Shown: positions 42,429 to 55,431, counted from the first letter of the stretch. The stretch is 64,000 nt of DNA from an uncultured bacterium (GCA_963695095.1 CAVOFT010000001.1:1088001-1152000), one strand, 5' to 3'. Program-made: numbers and translations. The notes: generated from the letters alone by a model not told the origin.

Positions 42429-42471
42429 GAGTCAAAGGGACCGCGGTCCCCAGCCGAAGGAAGGAAGGACA

Positions 42472-42771
42472 ATGGCAGATGCACTGGGCATGATCGAGAC
42501 GCGCTGCTTCCCCGCGATGGTGGAGGCGGCCGACGCCATGGTCAAGGCGGCGCGGGTCGAGCTCGTCAGCTACGAGAAGACCGGCGGCGGCTACGTGACG
42601 GCCGTGATCCGCGGCGACGTGGCGGCGGTGAAGGCCGCCTGCGACGCGGGGCAGACCGCTGCCGCGCGCGTGGGCGAGCTGGTCGCCGTGCACATCATCG
42701 CGCGCCCGCACGCCAACGTGGACATGGTGATCCCGCTCGGCCACCAGGCCGACGCCGCCAAGTCCAAGTAG
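42472..42771 (+). CDS. BMC shell hexamer protein (BMC-H, EutM/CcmK family)
   Basis: ALGMIETR...[10 protein letters not shown]...[11 protein letters not shown]...HIIARPH. Confidence 0.95.
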   Translation: MADALGMIETRCFPAMVEAADAMVKAARVELVSYEKTGGGYVTAVIRGDVAAVKAACDAGQTAAARVGELVAVHIIARPHANVDMVIPLGHQADAAKSK

Positions 42772-42780
42772 GCGGCGGCC

Positions 42781-43080
42781 ATGAACTTGGCCCTGGTCCT
42801 GGGCACGGTGGTGGCCACGCGCAAGGAGCCGAGCCTGGAGGGCCTCAAGTTCCTCCTGCTCGGGCAGCTCGGCCCTGATGGCAAGCCCACGGGCGCCACC
42901 GTCGTGGCCGCTGACGCGGTCGGTGCGGGCGTCGGCGAGAAGGTGCTCTTCGCCACCGGCAGCTCGGCGCGGCAGACGAAGGTCACCGAGAACCGGCCCT
43001 GCGACGCCGTCATCATGGCCATCGTCGACAGCTGGGAGATCGGCGGCGAGGAGCGCTATCGCAAGGGCCGCGATGATTGA
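42781..43080 (+). CDS. BMC vertex pentamer (BMC-P, EutN/CcmL family)
   Basis: [10 protein letters not shown]...[15 protein letters not shown]...GSSAR...DAVIMAIVD. Confidence 0.93.
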   Translation: MNLALVLGTVVATRKEPSLEGLKFLLLGQLGPDGKPTGATVVAADAVGAGVGEKVLFATGSSARQTKVTENRPCDAVIMAIVDSWEIGGEERYRKGRDD

Positions 43081-43155
43081 GGCACTGGGATCGCTGGACC
43101 GACCACCGCAGCGGGCCGCGATAACTAGCGAGCCTGCGCGCAAGGGGGCCGCGCC

Positions 43156-44630
43156 GTGAGCGCCCTCAGCGAGGCCGAGATCAAGGCGCTGGCAGGCGAG
43201 CTGGCGGCGCGCCTTGGTCTCGCCGGCGGCGCGCGGGCGACCGCGCCGGCTGCGGCGCCTGCCGCGGCGTCCGCTGCGCCGCCGCCCCCGGGGGCGGCTC
43301 TCGGCGAGGGTATCCACCCGGACGTGGACAGCGCGGTCGCCGCCGCGGGCCGCGCCTTCCGGGCGCTGGCCGCTGCCGAGCCCTCGCTGCGCGCGCGGCT
43401 GGTGGACGCCCTGCGCGCGGCGCTGCTGCCCGCGGCCGCGCGCCTGGGCGAACTCGCCCACGCGGAGACCGGCCTCGGCCGCGCCGCCGACAAGACCCTC
43501 AAGAACCGCCTCGTCACGCTGAAGACACCCGGGCCCGGAGGCGCTCGTCCCCCGCGCGCTGAGCGGCGACCGCGGCCTCGTGCTCATGGAGCCGGCGCCC
43601 TTCGGCGTCATCGCGGCGATCACGCCGATCACGAATCCGACGAGCACGATCATCTGCAACGCGATCGGCATGCTGGCCGCCGGCAACGCCGTGGTCTTCA
43701 ACGCGCACCCCGGCGCGGCCGCCTGCTCGGCGGAGACGGTGCGGCTGATACACCGCGCGATCGTCGCCGCCGGCGGGCCGCCCGACCTCGTCACGGCGGT
43801 GGCCGCGCCCACGATCGAGAGCGCCCAGGCGCTGATGCGCCACCCCGGCGTGCGCCTGCTCGTGGTGACCGGTGGCGCGGGCGTCGTGCGCGAGGCGATG
43901 GCCAGCGGCAAGCGCGCCATCTGCGCGGGGCCGGGCAACCCGCCCGTCGTCGTCGACGAGACGGCCGACCTCGAGCAGGCCGGCCGCGACATCGTCTTCG
44001 GGGCCGGCCTGGACAACAACATCATCTGCGTGGACGAGAAGGAGGTCTTCGTCGTCGAGCAGGCGGCGGCGGGCCTCGTCGCGGCCATGCAGCGCCACGG
44101 CGCGCGCCTGCTCACCGCGGGTGAACTCGCGCGCCTGGAGAACCTGCTCTTCGAGGCGCAGCGCGGTCCGGGCGAGCCGGGCGTCATCGCCAAGCGCTGG
44201 ATCGGCCAGGATGCGGCCAAGATCCTCGCGCGCCATCGGCGCGCCCTGCGATCCGGCGGCGCGCCTCCTGATCGCCCAGGTGCCCGCCGAGCACCCCCTG
44301 GTCTGGACCGAGCAGATGATGCCCGTGCTGCCCGTCGTGCGCGTGCCGGATGCCGACGCCGCCATCGACCTCGCCGTGCGCGCCGAGCACGGCTGCGGCC
44401 ACTCGGCGGCCATGCACTCCAAGCGCCTGGATCGCCTGAGCCGCATGGCGCGGGCCATCAACACCTCGATCTTCGTCAAGAACGGCCCCTGCGCCGCCGG
44501 CCTCGGCCACGGCGGCGAGGGCTACGCGAGCTTCAGCATCGCCAGCCCCACCGGGGAGGGCCTCACCGGTCCGCACAGCTTCAGCCGCGAGCGGCGCTGC
44601 GTGCTGGTGGACCACTTCCGGATCGTGTAG
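43156..44630 (+). CDS. eutE: BMC-associated CoA-acylating aldehyde dehydrogenase (EutE/PduP family); apparent frameshifts near 43545 and 44232
   Basis: N-terminal amphipathic helix plus Ala/Pro linker; ETGLGR, PFGVIAAITPITNP, AGPGNPPVVVDETAD, DNNIICVDEKE, EQMMPVLP and PTGEGLT motifs. Confidence 0.9.
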
Positions 44631-44632
44631 CC

Positions 44633-45301
44633 GTGACCCAGCCGACGGACGCGCGCTGGCCGGCCCTGGCCCTGCTCGAGTACGCGGGCGTGCCGGCCGG
44701 CGTGGCCGCCGCCGACCGCATGCTCAAGCGCGCGCCCGTGGCCCTGATTCGCGCGGGCAGCGTGCAGCCGGGCCGCTGGCTCGTGCTGCTGGGCGGCAGC
44801 ACGGCCTCGGTGCTGGAAGCCCACGCGGAGGGCCTGGCGGCGGCCGCACTGCACGACGAGATCCTGCTCGCCGACGCCCACGCGGCCATCGCCCCGGCCC
44901 TGGCCGGCGAGCGCTCGGGGGCCGAGGCCGAAGCCCTCGGCCTGCTCGAGGCGGCGAGCAGCGCGGCGCTGCTGGGCGCCACCGACGCGGCGCTCAAGGC
45001 CTGCGCCGTCACGCTGCGCGAGCTGCGCCTGGCCGACGGCCTGGGCGGCAAGGCCTTCTGCAGCTTCGACGGCGCCCTCGACGAGGTGGAGGCGGCCGTG
45101 GCCGCCGGCGCCGCGCGGCTGGGCGCGCGGCTCACGCAGCAGGCCGTGATCCCGCGCCTGGACGACACCCTGCGCGCGCTACTCGCCGCGGGCAGCGGCT
45201 TCGCCCGCTGCGCGCCTCTGGAGCCGCCGGGCGCGGAGGTCGAGGCGAGCGCAGGGGCGATCGCCGGTCACGGCAATCGCCACGCCGAGGAGCAGGTCTG
45301 A
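44633..45301 (+). CDS. BMC shell protein, tandem domain (BMC-T, PduT-like)
   Basis: ALALLEY...GVAAADRMLKRA and ALGLLE...ATDAALKA...RLADGLGGKAF; GTG start. Confidence 0.85.
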   Translation: MTQPTDARWPALALLEYAGVPAGVAAADRMLKRAPVALIRAGSVQPGRWLVLLGGSTASVLEAHAEGLAAAALHDEILLADAHAAIAPALAGERSGAEAEALGLLEAASSAALLGATDAALKACAVTLRELRLADGLGGKAFCSFDGALDEVEAAVAAGAARLGARLTQQAVIPRLDDTLRALLAAGSGFARCAPLEPPGAEVEASAGAIAGHGNRHAEEQV

Positions 45302-45657
45302 TGCAGTTCGCGCGCGTCATCGGCACGCTGGTGCCGGCCACCGTCTGCGAAGGGCTGGCCGGCGTGCCCATGCTCTGGGTGCAGCCGCTGGATCAGCGGC
45401 TCGCGCCGGCGGGGCGTCCCCTCGTCTGCGCCGACGGCACGCGCATGGCCGGGCCGGGCGAGCTGGTCTACTTCGTGGCGAGCCGCGAGGCGGCGCTGGT
45501 CCTGGAGCCCAGCTTCGTGCCGGTGGACCACGCGATCGTCGGCATCGTGGACACGCATGCCCTCGACGAGGACGAAACCGGCGCGCGCCGCGGCGAGCCC
45601 GCGCCCGCGGCGGCGCCGGCGGCCCCGCGCCGGCCGGCGCGGGGAGGCCGGCGATGA
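45301..45657 (+). CDS. BMC vertex pentamer (BMC-P)
   Basis: MQFARVIGTLV...AGPGELV...SREAA...VPVDHAIVGIVD. Confidence 0.88.
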   Translation: MQFARVIGTLVPATVCEGLAGVPMLWVQPLDQRLAPAGRPLVCADGTRMAGPGELVYFVASREAALVLEPSFVPVDHAIVGIVDTHALDEDETGARRGEPAPAAAPAAPRRPARGGRR

Positions 45658-45914
45658 TCCTGGGTCGCGTGACGGGCCGCCTCACCTCCACCATCCACCA
45701 CCGCGTGGTGACGGGCCAGCGCCTGCTCATCGTCGAGCGCCTGGACGGGCCCGGCTACCTGATCGCCATGGACGCCGTGGGCGCGGGCGCGGGCGAGACC
45801 GTGCTCGTCCTCGACGAGGGCAATGGCGCCCGCCAGGTGCTGGCCGACCGGGCGGCGCCCATTCGCTCGATCATCGTCGGCATCGTCGACGCCTGGCCGG
45901 AAGGAGATCGCTGA
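45654..45914 (+). CDS. BMC vertex pentamer (BMC-P)
   Basis: MILGRVTG...IAMDAVGAGAGETVLVLDEGNGARQ...IVGIVD. Confidence 0.88.
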   Translation: MILGRVTGRLTSTIHHRVVTGQRLLIVERLDGPGYLIAMDAVGAGAGETVLVLDEGNGARQVLADRAAPIRSIIVGIVDAWPEGDR

Positions 45915-47071
45915 TGCTTCGCTCGCCCTGGCTGCGCCCTGCGCTGCTCGGCCTCGCGCTTGCCCTCGTCCTCGGGTGCGGTCGCGGCGAGCCGGAACCC
46001 GCCTGGCGCCTGCACGTGGCCCAGTTCCGCCTGCCCTACGGCCAGTCGCGCCTGCTCAACTACGACTACCCGCAGCTCACCCTGGTCGGGGAGGAGCAGC
46101 TCGGCTCGCTCAGCGCGCGCATGGCGGTCAGCCCCGGCGGGGACGAGCTCTGGGTGGGCAGCGAGGCCTCGCGCGACCTCTTCGTCTTCCGCGCCGCGGG
46201 CGATTCGATCGTCGGCCGCGTCAGCCTCGGCGCCGCGGTGGGGGCCATCGCCTTCGACGCGGCCGGGCGGCGCTGTTTGGTGGCGCATGGGGCGGTCATC
46301 TCGATGGGGCGCGACGATCCGGTGGCCACGCTGATCGACATGGCCACGCGCACGCCGCAGCGCGCCTTCCGCACGGGCAAGAACCCGCGGGCGATCTGCT
46401 TCGATCCGGCGGGGGAGCGCGCCTTCGTGGGCAACACCGGCGACTCGACGCTCTCGGTGCTCGATCTCAAGCTGGGCACCACCGTCGACTCGCTCACCGT
46501 GGGCGCGGCGCCCGTGGACCTCAACGCGGATCCCCTCGGCCGCTGGCTCTACGTGAGCTGCCTGGGCGCGCCGACCGCGACCGGGCGCGACCGCGGCGCC
46601 GTGCACGTGCTCGCGCTGCCCGGCCTGGAGACGCTGGCGGTGCTGGTCGCCGGCGAGCATCCCTCGCGGGTGACGCCCTTGCCCGGCGGCGATCGCATCG
46701 TGGTGAGCGAGTTGAAGGTGGCGCCGACGGAGCTGCCCCGCCTGCGCATCTTCAGCGTCAAGGCCGACGCGGCGGGCCGGCCCGAGTTCACGCTCCGCCA
46801 CGAGATCGAGGCCGGCGACAATCCGCTGGCCGGCGGCATGAGTCCCGACGGCCGGCTCTTCGCCGTGCCGGACTTCGCGGAATGCCGCCTGGCCCTGGTC
46901 GATCTGGAGAAGGGTCGCTTCCTGCGCTGGCTGCAACTTCCCGGCGCCCGCGGCGATCACTTCGCCGTGGATGCGGTCTTCACGCGGGCGGGGCGGGCGC
47001 CGGCCAGTCCGCCTCCGGCAGCGGAAAGCGCGCCTGCAGCGCCTGACTCAACGCCGGCAGGCGCGCCGTGA
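45914..47071 (+). CDS. YncE/YVTN-type beta-propeller lipoprotein
   Basis: Lipobox VLGC; repeats such as TGKNPRAICFDPAG, VGAAPVDL and AGDNP...SPDG; TGATG coupling to the last BMC-P gene. Confidence 0.75.
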   Translation: MLRSPWLRPALLGLALALVLGCGRGEPEPAWRLHVAQFRLPYGQSRLLNYDYPQLTLVGEEQLGSLSARMAVSPGGDELWVGSEASRDLFVFRAAGDSIVGRVSLGAAVGAIAFDAAGRRCLVAHGAVISMGRDDPVATLIDMATRTPQRAFRTGKNPRAICFDPAGERAFVGNTGDSTLSVLDLKLGTTVDSLTVGAAPVDLNADPLGRWLYVSCLGAPTATGRDRGAVHVLALPGLETLAVLVAGEHPSRVTPLPGGDRIVVSELKVAPTELPRLRIFSVKADAAGRPEFTLRHEIEAGDNPLAGGMSPDGRLFAVPDFAECRLALVDLEKGRFLRWLQLPGARGDHFAVDAVFTRAGRAPASPPPAAESAPAAPDSTPAGAP

Positions 47072-47645
47072 AGAAGTGGTCTGCGCCGGCGATCCACTCG
47101 AGCTGCTTGGGCTCGGCGAAGCTCGGATAGCTGCGGGCCAGGGCCGCGGGGTCGCAGAACTGGTCCTCATCGCCGTGGATGAAGAGCTTGGGCTTGCGGC
47201 ACTGCGCGAGGAAGTCCAGCGGCGACCAGTCCACCGGCGTGCCCAGCGCCACGACGGCCCTCGCGCGCGGCTCGTCCGCGGCGACGCGGAGCCCGATCCA
47301 GGCGCCGAAGCTGAAGCCGACGACGTAGAGCGGCGCGCCGGGCAAGTGCGCGGCAAGGTGGGCGAGGCCGGCCCGCGCGTCCTCCTGTTCGCCCTGGCCG
47401 TCGTCGTAGCGGCCGGCGCTGGCGCCCACGCCGCGAAAGTTGAAGCGCAGGGTCGCCAGCCCGAGCCGCGCGCAGACCTGCTGGCTCGTGAAGACCACCT
47501 TGTTGTGGAGATTGCCCCCGTAGAGCGGATGCGGATGCAGGAGCAGCGCGCCGCCGGCGGCGGCTCCCGCGGGCAGCAGCTGCAGGGCTTCCAGGCGGCC
47601 GGCGGGGCCAGCCAGCTCGAGCGGGCTCTCGCGGGGCGCGGACAT
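46980..47645 (-). CDS. alpha/beta-fold hydrolase
   Basis: HPHPLYGG, RFNFRGVG, GFSFG nucleophile elbow, HGDED and GADHFF motifs. Confidence 0.9.
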   Translation of the reverse strand: MSAPRESPLELAGPAGRLEALQLLPAGAAAGGALLLHPHPLYGGNLHNKVVFTSQQVCARLGLATLRFNFRGVGASAGRYDDGQGEQEDARAGLAHLAAHLPGAPLYVVGFSFGAWIGLRVAADEPRARAVVALGTPVDWSPLDFLAQCRKPKLFIHGDEDQFCDPAALARSYPSFAEPKQLEWIAGADHFFTARLPALSQALQARFPLPEADWPAPAPPA

Positions 47646-47944
47646 CGAGTTCTCCTTGCGCCCGCGGCGCGGGCGATGGGGTGTGCGCGGCCAGCATGCG
47701 GCGGGGATCGCGGGCCGTCAATTGCGGCTGCAGCCACTAACAGGAGTTGAACGTGCGGAATCGTGAAACAAGGGACACGCAGGGCCGCGGCCCTTGCGGT
47801 GGGCGAGCCATCTGATTACTTGGAAAGTGCTTGCGGGCGGGGTCAACGCTCGCTAGCCTCTGGCCAGGCCGAGGCGACCGCTCGCCTCGCTTCCCGCCGG
47901 CGGGACGGCGCCGCTCTCCAGCCCGGGTTCGTGGAGAAAACGCG

Positions 47945-48385
47945 ATGTTATTCCAGTTTGCGAATGTCCTGGTCTTCATCCTGTTCAGCGCCCTGTTCAT
48001 CTTCGCGCTGCTGGTGATCTCCAAGCTGCTGTCGCCCCGCCACCACAGCGCCGACAAGCTGATGAGCTACGAGTGCGGCGAGCGGCCCACGGGGTCCGGC
48101 TGGCTGCAGTTCAACATCCGCTTCTACATCATCGCGCTGGCCTTCCTCATCTTCGACGTGGAAATCGCCTTCATGTTCCCCGTCGGCATGGTCATGCGCA
48201 GCTTCGTGGAGGCCGGGCAGGGGTGGTTCGTGCTGGCGGAGGTGCTGCTGTTCATCCTGATCCTCTTCCTGGGCCTGGTCTACCTGTGGCGCAAGGGAGA
48301 CCTGAACTGGGTGAAGGATCTCCAGCTCAGCCGCGGCGACTCGGTGATCGAGCTGCGGCGCCACGACCGCTCCCGGCCCGAGTAG
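47945..48385 (+). CDS. nuoA: NADH-quinone oxidoreductase subunit A
   Basis: YECGE, FYIIALAFLIFDVE and WRKGDLNW motifs. Confidence 0.93.
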   Translation: MLFQFANVLVFILFSALFIFALLVISKLLSPRHHSADKLMSYECGERPTGSGWLQFNIRFYIIALAFLIFDVEIAFMFPVGMVMRSFVEAGQGWFVLAEVLLFILILFLGLVYLWRKGDLNWVKDLQLSRGDSVIELRRHDRSRPE

Positions 48386-48406
48386 AATGAGCCGAGGGAG
48401 AACGAC

Positions 48407-48976
48407 ATGACGCACCGCGAACTGCCGACGATGGTCGACACCCTGCCCGAGGCGGCCATCTTCACCACTACCGACAAGATCATGAACCTGGCCCGGGGCA
48501 ACTCGGTCTGGTACATGCTGAGCGCCCTGGCCTGCTGCGGCATCGAGCTGATGCAGGCCGGCGGGCCGCGCACCGACCTGGACCGCATGGGTTCCGTGTT
48601 CCGCGCGACGCCGCGGCAGAGCGACCTGCTCATCGTGGCCGGCACGCTCACCTACAAGATGGCCAGCCGCCTCAAGCTGATGTACGAGCAGATGGCCGAG
48701 CCGCGCTACGTGATCTCGATGGGCAGCTGCGCCAACTGCGGCGGCCTCTTCAACATGGGCTACAGCGTGGTCAAGGGCGTGGACGCCATCCTGCCCGTCG
48801 ATGTCTACATCCCCGGCTGCCCGCCGCGGCCGGAGGCCCTCTACGAGGGCATCGCCGAGCTGCAGCGCAAGATCAAGGGCGAGCGCTTCCTGGTGAAGCG
48901 CCCCGCGGCGCTGCCGCCGGCGCCGCTCGCTGTCGCCCCGACCGAGGCGCCGCCCGGCACGGAGGCCCAGGCATGA
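48407..48976 (+). CDS. nuoB: NADH-quinone oxidoreductase subunit B
   Basis: [23 protein letters not shown] and [14 protein letters not shown] motifs. Confidence 0.95.
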   Translation: MTHRELPTMVDTLPEAAIFTTTDKIMNLARGNSVWYMLSALACCGIELMQAGGPRTDLDRMGSVFRATPRQSDLLIVAGTLTYKMASRLKLMYEQMAEPRYVISMGSCANCGGLFNMGYSVVKGVDAILPVDVYIPGCPPRPEALYEGIAELQRKIKGERFLVKRPAALPPAPLAVAPTEAPPGTEAQA

Positions 48977-49500
48977 GCGCACTGACCGCGGAGCAGGCGA
49001 CGGCGATCTTCGCCCGCATCAAGGCGCTGGTCGGCGAGGAGGGCCTCAGCTTCCGCCCCGAGGCGCCGCAACCGGACCTGCTCGTGACGCCCGAGCGCCT
49101 GCGCGCGCTCTGCCTCGCCCTGCGCGACGACCCCGAGCTGCACTTCGAATCCCTGCAGCAGGTGGCGGGCACGGACCACGTCAAGGAAGAGCGCCTGCGC
49201 AGCACGATCACGCTCTGCAGCTACGCCCACGGCGGTCGCCTGCTCACCCTGCACACGGACCTCCCGCGCGAGGCGCCGCGCGTGCCCACGGTGAGCGACA
49301 TCTGGCCCGCGGCCGAGTGGCACGAGCGCGAGAGCTGGGACCTCGTCGGCATCGTCTACGAGGGGCACCCGGACCTGCGCCGCATCATGCTGCCCGACGA
49401 CTGGGAGGGGCACCCCCTGCGCAAGGACTACGCCGAGAAGCCCGAGTATGACGGCATTCCCACCCAGCGCGACCGGGAGTGGCTGTCATGGCAGAAGTGA
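48973..49500 (+). CDS. nuoC: NADH-quinone oxidoreductase subunit C
   Basis: [14 protein letters not shown]...GHPDLRRIM...GHPLRKDY. Confidence 0.93.
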   Translation: MSALTAEQATAIFARIKALVGEEGLSFRPEAPQPDLLVTPERLRALCLALRDDPELHFESLQQVAGTDHVKEERLRSTITLCSYAHGGRLLTLHTDLPREAPRVPTVSDIWPAAEWHERESWDLVGIVYEGHPDLRRIMLPDDWEGHPLRKDYAEKPEYDGIPTQRDREWLSWQK

Positions 49501-50609
49501 AGACCGAGCTGATGACGCTCAACTTCGGGCCCGTACACCCGAGCACCCACGGCGTGCTGCGCTTCCAGCTCGAGACGGACGGCGAGATCATCCACCAGTG
49601 CGTGCCCGATGTCGGCTATCTCCACCGCAGCATCGAGAAGATCGCCGAGGGGCTCGAGTACTACCAGTTCATGCCCTTCACGGACCGCGTGGACTACGTG
49701 GCCGCGATCAACGCCAACCACGGCTGGGCCGTGGCCTGCGAGCGGATGATCGGCCACGAGGTGCCCGAGCGGGGCGAGCTGCTGCGCGTGATCAGCGCCG
49801 AGCTGGTGCGCCTCTCCAGCCACCTCGTCGCCGTGGGCTCCAACGCCTCGGACATGGGCGCCGTGACGCCCTTCCTGCATGCGCTGCGCGAGCGCGAGCA
49901 CGTCAACGATCTGATCGAGGAACTCTGCGGCGCGCGCCTGACGCACAACTACGTGCGCATCGGGGGCGTCTCCCACGACGCGCCGGCCGGCTGGACGGAC
50001 AAGGTGCTGCGCTTCTGCGACGGCTTCCTGCCCGCCATCGACGAGTTCGACCGCCTGATCACCTTCAACCGGATCTTCCGCGGCCGCCTGGCCAACGTGG
50101 CCGTGATCAGCGCCGCCGATGCCATGGCCTACGGGCTCTGCGGGCCCAACCTGCGCGCCAGCGGCGTGGACTTCGACTGCCGCCGCGACGACCCCTACGG
50201 CCTCTATCCGGAGCTGAGCTTCAAGGTGCCGGTGGGCCAGGGCTTGCTGGGCACGCTGGGCGACTGCTGGGACCGCTTCTGGTGCCGCGTGCAGGAGATG
50301 CGCGAGTGCATCGGCCTCGTCCGCCAGGCCGTCGAGCGCCTGCCGCGCTCGGCGCCGGAGTTCTGGAACGAGAAGAAGGTGCTCAAGGCGCCGGCCGGCG
50401 AGTACTACGTGCGCACGGAGAGCGCGCGCGGCGAGCTGGGCTACTACGTCGTCAGCGATGGCGGCAAGCAGCCCTATCGCGTGAAGATCCGCACCGGCAG
50501 TTTCGCGGCGATGAGCATCACGGAGAAGCTGGCCCGCGGCCTGATGATCGCGGACCTCGTCGCGATCATCGGCAGTCTGGACGTGGTGGCGCCGGAGATC
50601 GACCGTTAG
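49488..50609 (+). CDS. nuoD: NADH-quinone oxidoreductase subunit D
   Basis: [35 protein letters not shown] and EIDR motifs; no hydrogenase CxxC Ni ligands. Confidence 0.95.
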   Translation: MAEVKTELMTLNFGPVHPSTHGVLRFQLETDGEIIHQCVPDVGYLHRSIEKIAEGLEYYQFMPFTDRVDYVAAINANHGWAVACERMIGHEVPERGELLRVISAELVRLSSHLVAVGSNASDMGAVTPFLHALREREHVNDLIEELCGARLTHNYVRIGGVSHDAPAGWTDKVLRFCDGFLPAIDEFDRLITFNRIFRGRLANVAVISAADAMAYGLCGPNLRASGVDFDCRRDDPYGLYPELSFKVPVGQGLLGTLGDCWDRFWCRVQEMRECIGLVRQAVERLPRSAPEFWNEKKVLKAPAGEYYVRTESARGELGYYVVSDGGKQPYRVKIRTGSFAAMSITEKLARGLMIADLVAIIGSLDVVAPEIDR

Positions 50610-50624
50610 CAGGGAAGGGTGCGC

Positions 50625-51731
50625 ATGGAGCAGTGGATCGCCGGCCTGATCGCCGAGCACAATCTGCCCGGGCCCGTCTGGGCCATTCAGCTCGGCTTTA
50701 TGCTGACGGCGGCGCTCGTCTGCATCGTCCTCTTTGCCTCCCTGATGGCGGGCCTGCTCACCTATGCGGAGCGGCGGGTGGCGGGCAAGATCCAGAGCCG
50801 CATCGGACCCAACCGGGTGGGGCCGCAGGGCATCCTGCAATTCGTGGCCGACGGCGTGAAGCTGATCCTGAAAGAGGACATCATCCCGACGGACGCCGAC
50901 CGCCCGCTCTTCCGGCTCGCGCCCTACCTGGTGGCCACGGGCACCTTCCTCACGCTGGTCGTCATGCCCTGGGGCCAGCGCCTGGTGGTGAGCGACCTCA
51001 ACGTGGGGGTCGTCTACCTGGTGGCGGTCACCAGCTTCGTCGTCGCCGGCATCCTCATGAGCGGCTGGGCCAGCAACAACAAGTGGTCGCTGCTGGGCGG
51101 CTTCCGCAGCGCGGCCCAGGTGGTGAGCTACGAGGTGCCCACGGGCCTCAGCCTGCTCACCATCGTGATCCTCAGCGGCTCGCTCAGCCTCTCGGAGATC
51201 GTGGCCGGCCAGGCGGGGGGCGGCGGTATCCTGCGCTGGTACATCTTCCACAACCCCTTCGCCTTCCTCGCCTTCTTCGTTTTCTTCATCAGCGCGCTGG
51301 CCGAGAACAACCGCATTCCCTTCGACATCCCCGAGGCCGAGAGCGAGCTGGTCAGCGGCTACAACACGGAGTACTCGGGCATCCGCTTCGGGGTCTTCTT
51401 CATCGGCGAGTTCGCGACGATCTGGATCGTCTCCGGCATCGCCACCGCGCTCTTCCTCGGCGGCTGGAACTTCCCCGGCGTGCCCGCCGAGCCGGCGGGC
51501 TTCTGGGGCGCGGCTCTCGGCACGGGCGTCTTCCTCGCCAAGAGCTTCGCGCTCGTGCTGCTGATCCTGCAGATTCGCTGGACCCTGCCCCGCGTGCGCG
51601 TGGACCAGCTGATGGGCATCTGCTGGAAGTATCTCGTGCCGATCGCCGTCTTCAACGTGGTGATGAGCGCCGTCTGGCTGGTGGCCTTCAAGGGCCGCGG
51701 CCTCTACGACCTCGTCGCCGGGCTGTTCTAG
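50625..51731 (+). CDS. nuoH: NADH-quinone oxidoreductase subunit H
   Basis: ERRVAGKIQSRIGPNRVG, ADGVKLILKE, SNNKWSLLGG and PFDIPEAESELV motifs. Confidence 0.95.
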   Translation: MEQWIAGLIAEHNLPGPVWAIQLGFMLTAALVCIVLFASLMAGLLTYAERRVAGKIQSRIGPNRVGPQGILQFVADGVKLILKEDIIPTDADRPLFRLAPYLVATGTFLTLVVMPWGQRLVVSDLNVGVVYLVAVTSFVVAGILMSGWASNNKWSLLGGFRSAAQVVSYEVPTGLSLLTIVILSGSLSLSEIVAGQAGGGGILRWYIFHNPFAFLAFFVFFISALAENNRIPFDIPEAESELVSGYNTEYSGIRFGVFFIGEFATIWIVSGIATALFLGGWNFPGVPAEPAGFWGAALGTGVFLAKSFALVLLILQIRWTLPRVRVDQLMGICWKYLVPIAVFNVVMSAVWLVAFKGRGLYDLVAGLF

Positions 51732-51739
51732 GAGCTGAG

Positions 51740-52225
51740 ATGGGCGCCGTAGCCGACTACTTCGGGAACATCAGGGACGCGGTGCTGACCACCCTCGTCG
51801 GGCTCAGGATCACCACCCGCCACCTGTGGACGCAGGCGCCGATCACGATCGAGTATCCCGATGTCGACGTCGAGGCCACCCTGCCCGAGCGCTATCGCGG
51901 CTTCCTCGTCAACGAGGTGGAGCTGTGCACGGGCTGCCTGCTCTGCGCGCGGGCCTGCCCGATCGACATCATCTACATCGAGGTGGAGCGGGACGAGGCG
52001 ACGAAGGAGCGCATGCTGAAGCGCTACGACATCGATCTGGGCAAGTGCATGTACTGCGGGCTCTGCCTGGAGCCCTGCCCGACGGGGTCCATCCACTTCA
52101 CGCCGCGCTTCGAGGCCGCGACGACCAACCTGGGCAGCCTCTACCACCAGTTCGTCGAGCGCGGCGCGCTGCCCATCTACAAGAATCCCAAGGCGCCGGG
52201 CGGCGCCGCCGAGGCGGAGGACTAG
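51740..52225 (+). CDS. nuoI: NADH-quinone oxidoreductase subunit I
   Basis: TIEYP, CTGCLLCARACP and CMYCGLCLEPCP ferredoxin motifs. Confidence 0.93.
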   Translation: MGAVADYFGNIRDAVLTTLVGLRITTRHLWTQAPITIEYPDVDVEATLPERYRGFLVNEVELCTGCLLCARACPIDIIYIEVERDEATKERMLKRYDIDLGKCMYCGLCLEPCPTGSIHFTPRFEAATTNLGSLYHQFVERGALPIYKNPKAPGGAAEAED

Positions 52226-52228
52226 GGG

Positions 52229-52783
52229 ATGGGGGTCTACGACGTCGTCTTCCTGGCGCTGGCCGCGCTGACCCTGCTCTCGGCCTGCGTGGTGGCCGGC
52301 AGCCGGAACATCGTCTACTCCGGCTTCGCGCTCATCTTCACCTTCCTCGGCGTGGCGGGGCTCTACGTGCAGCTCGCCGCCGACTTCCTGGCCGCCATGC
52401 AGGTGCTGGTCTACGTGGGCGGCATCACGGTGGTCATCCTGTTCGCCGTCATGCTCACGCGGGACATCGCCGAGGCGGCGAACACCAACCCCATCCTCAA
52501 CCGGCCGGCCTCCCTGCTGGCGGCGGCCGGCGTCTTCATGATGAGCCTCGTGCTCATCCTGGGCAGCGACTGGCCGCTGCGTGCGCAGGTGGACTACGCG
52601 CCGATGAGCGCGCCCCTGGGCCGGGCCCTGCTGGGCAAGTACCTGCTGCCCTTCGAGGTGGCCTCGCTGCTGCTGCTCGGGGCCCTGATCGGCGCCGTGA
52701 TCATCGCGCGGCGCGAGGTGCGCGGCGGACAGAGCGCGGCGGGCAGCGAAGATGCCGCCGCCGGCGAGGGAGGTGCGCAATGA
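52229..52783 (+). CDS. nuoJ: NADH-quinone oxidoreductase subunit J
   Basis: QVLVYVGGITVVILFAVML and YLLPFEVASLLLL motifs. Confidence 0.92.
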   Translation: MGVYDVVFLALAALTLLSACVVAGSRNIVYSGFALIFTFLGVAGLYVQLAADFLAAMQVLVYVGGITVVILFAVMLTRDIAEAANTNPILNRPASLLAAAGVFMMSLVLILGSDWPLRAQVDYAPMSAPLGRALLGKYLLPFEVASLLLLGALIGAVIIARREVRGGQSAAGSEDAAAGEGGAQ

Positions 52784-53085
52784 TCGGCCTGCCGCAGTTC
52801 CTCATCGTGGCGGCGGCGCTCTTCGCCGCCGGCGTCTACACGGTGCTCAGCCGCAGCAACGCGATCGGCATCCTGATGGGCGTCGAGCTGATCCTCAACG
52901 CCGCCGGGCTGAACTTCGTCGCCTTCAACCACTTCACGACCGCGGGCATCGAGGGCGGCCTGTTCACGGTGTTCATCATCGTGCTGGCGGCCGCCGAGGC
53001 GGCGGTGGCCCTGGCCATCGTGCTGGCCATCTATCAGAACCGCCGCGACATCGACGCCAGCCACCTGGACTCGCTCCAGCGCTGA
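52780..53085 (+). CDS. nuoK: NADH-quinone oxidoreductase subunit K
   Basis: LMGVELILNAA and LAAAEAAVALAI motifs. Confidence 0.93.
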   Translation: MIGLPQFLIVAAALFAAGVYTVLSRSNAIGILMGVELILNAAGLNFVAFNHFTTAGIEGGLFTVFIIVLAAAEAAVALAIVLAIYQNRRDIDASHLDSLQR

Positions 53086-53129
53086 CGGGGCGCCGGGCGC
53101 CGCCCGGCCGGGCAGGGAAGGACGCAGGT

Positions 53130-55431
<2,302 letters not shown>

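Noticed and set aside
48407..50609. Group 4 [NiFe]-hydrogenase instead of complex I
   Set aside because: The large subunit lacks both CxxC nickel-binding motifs and ends in EIDR like NuoD.
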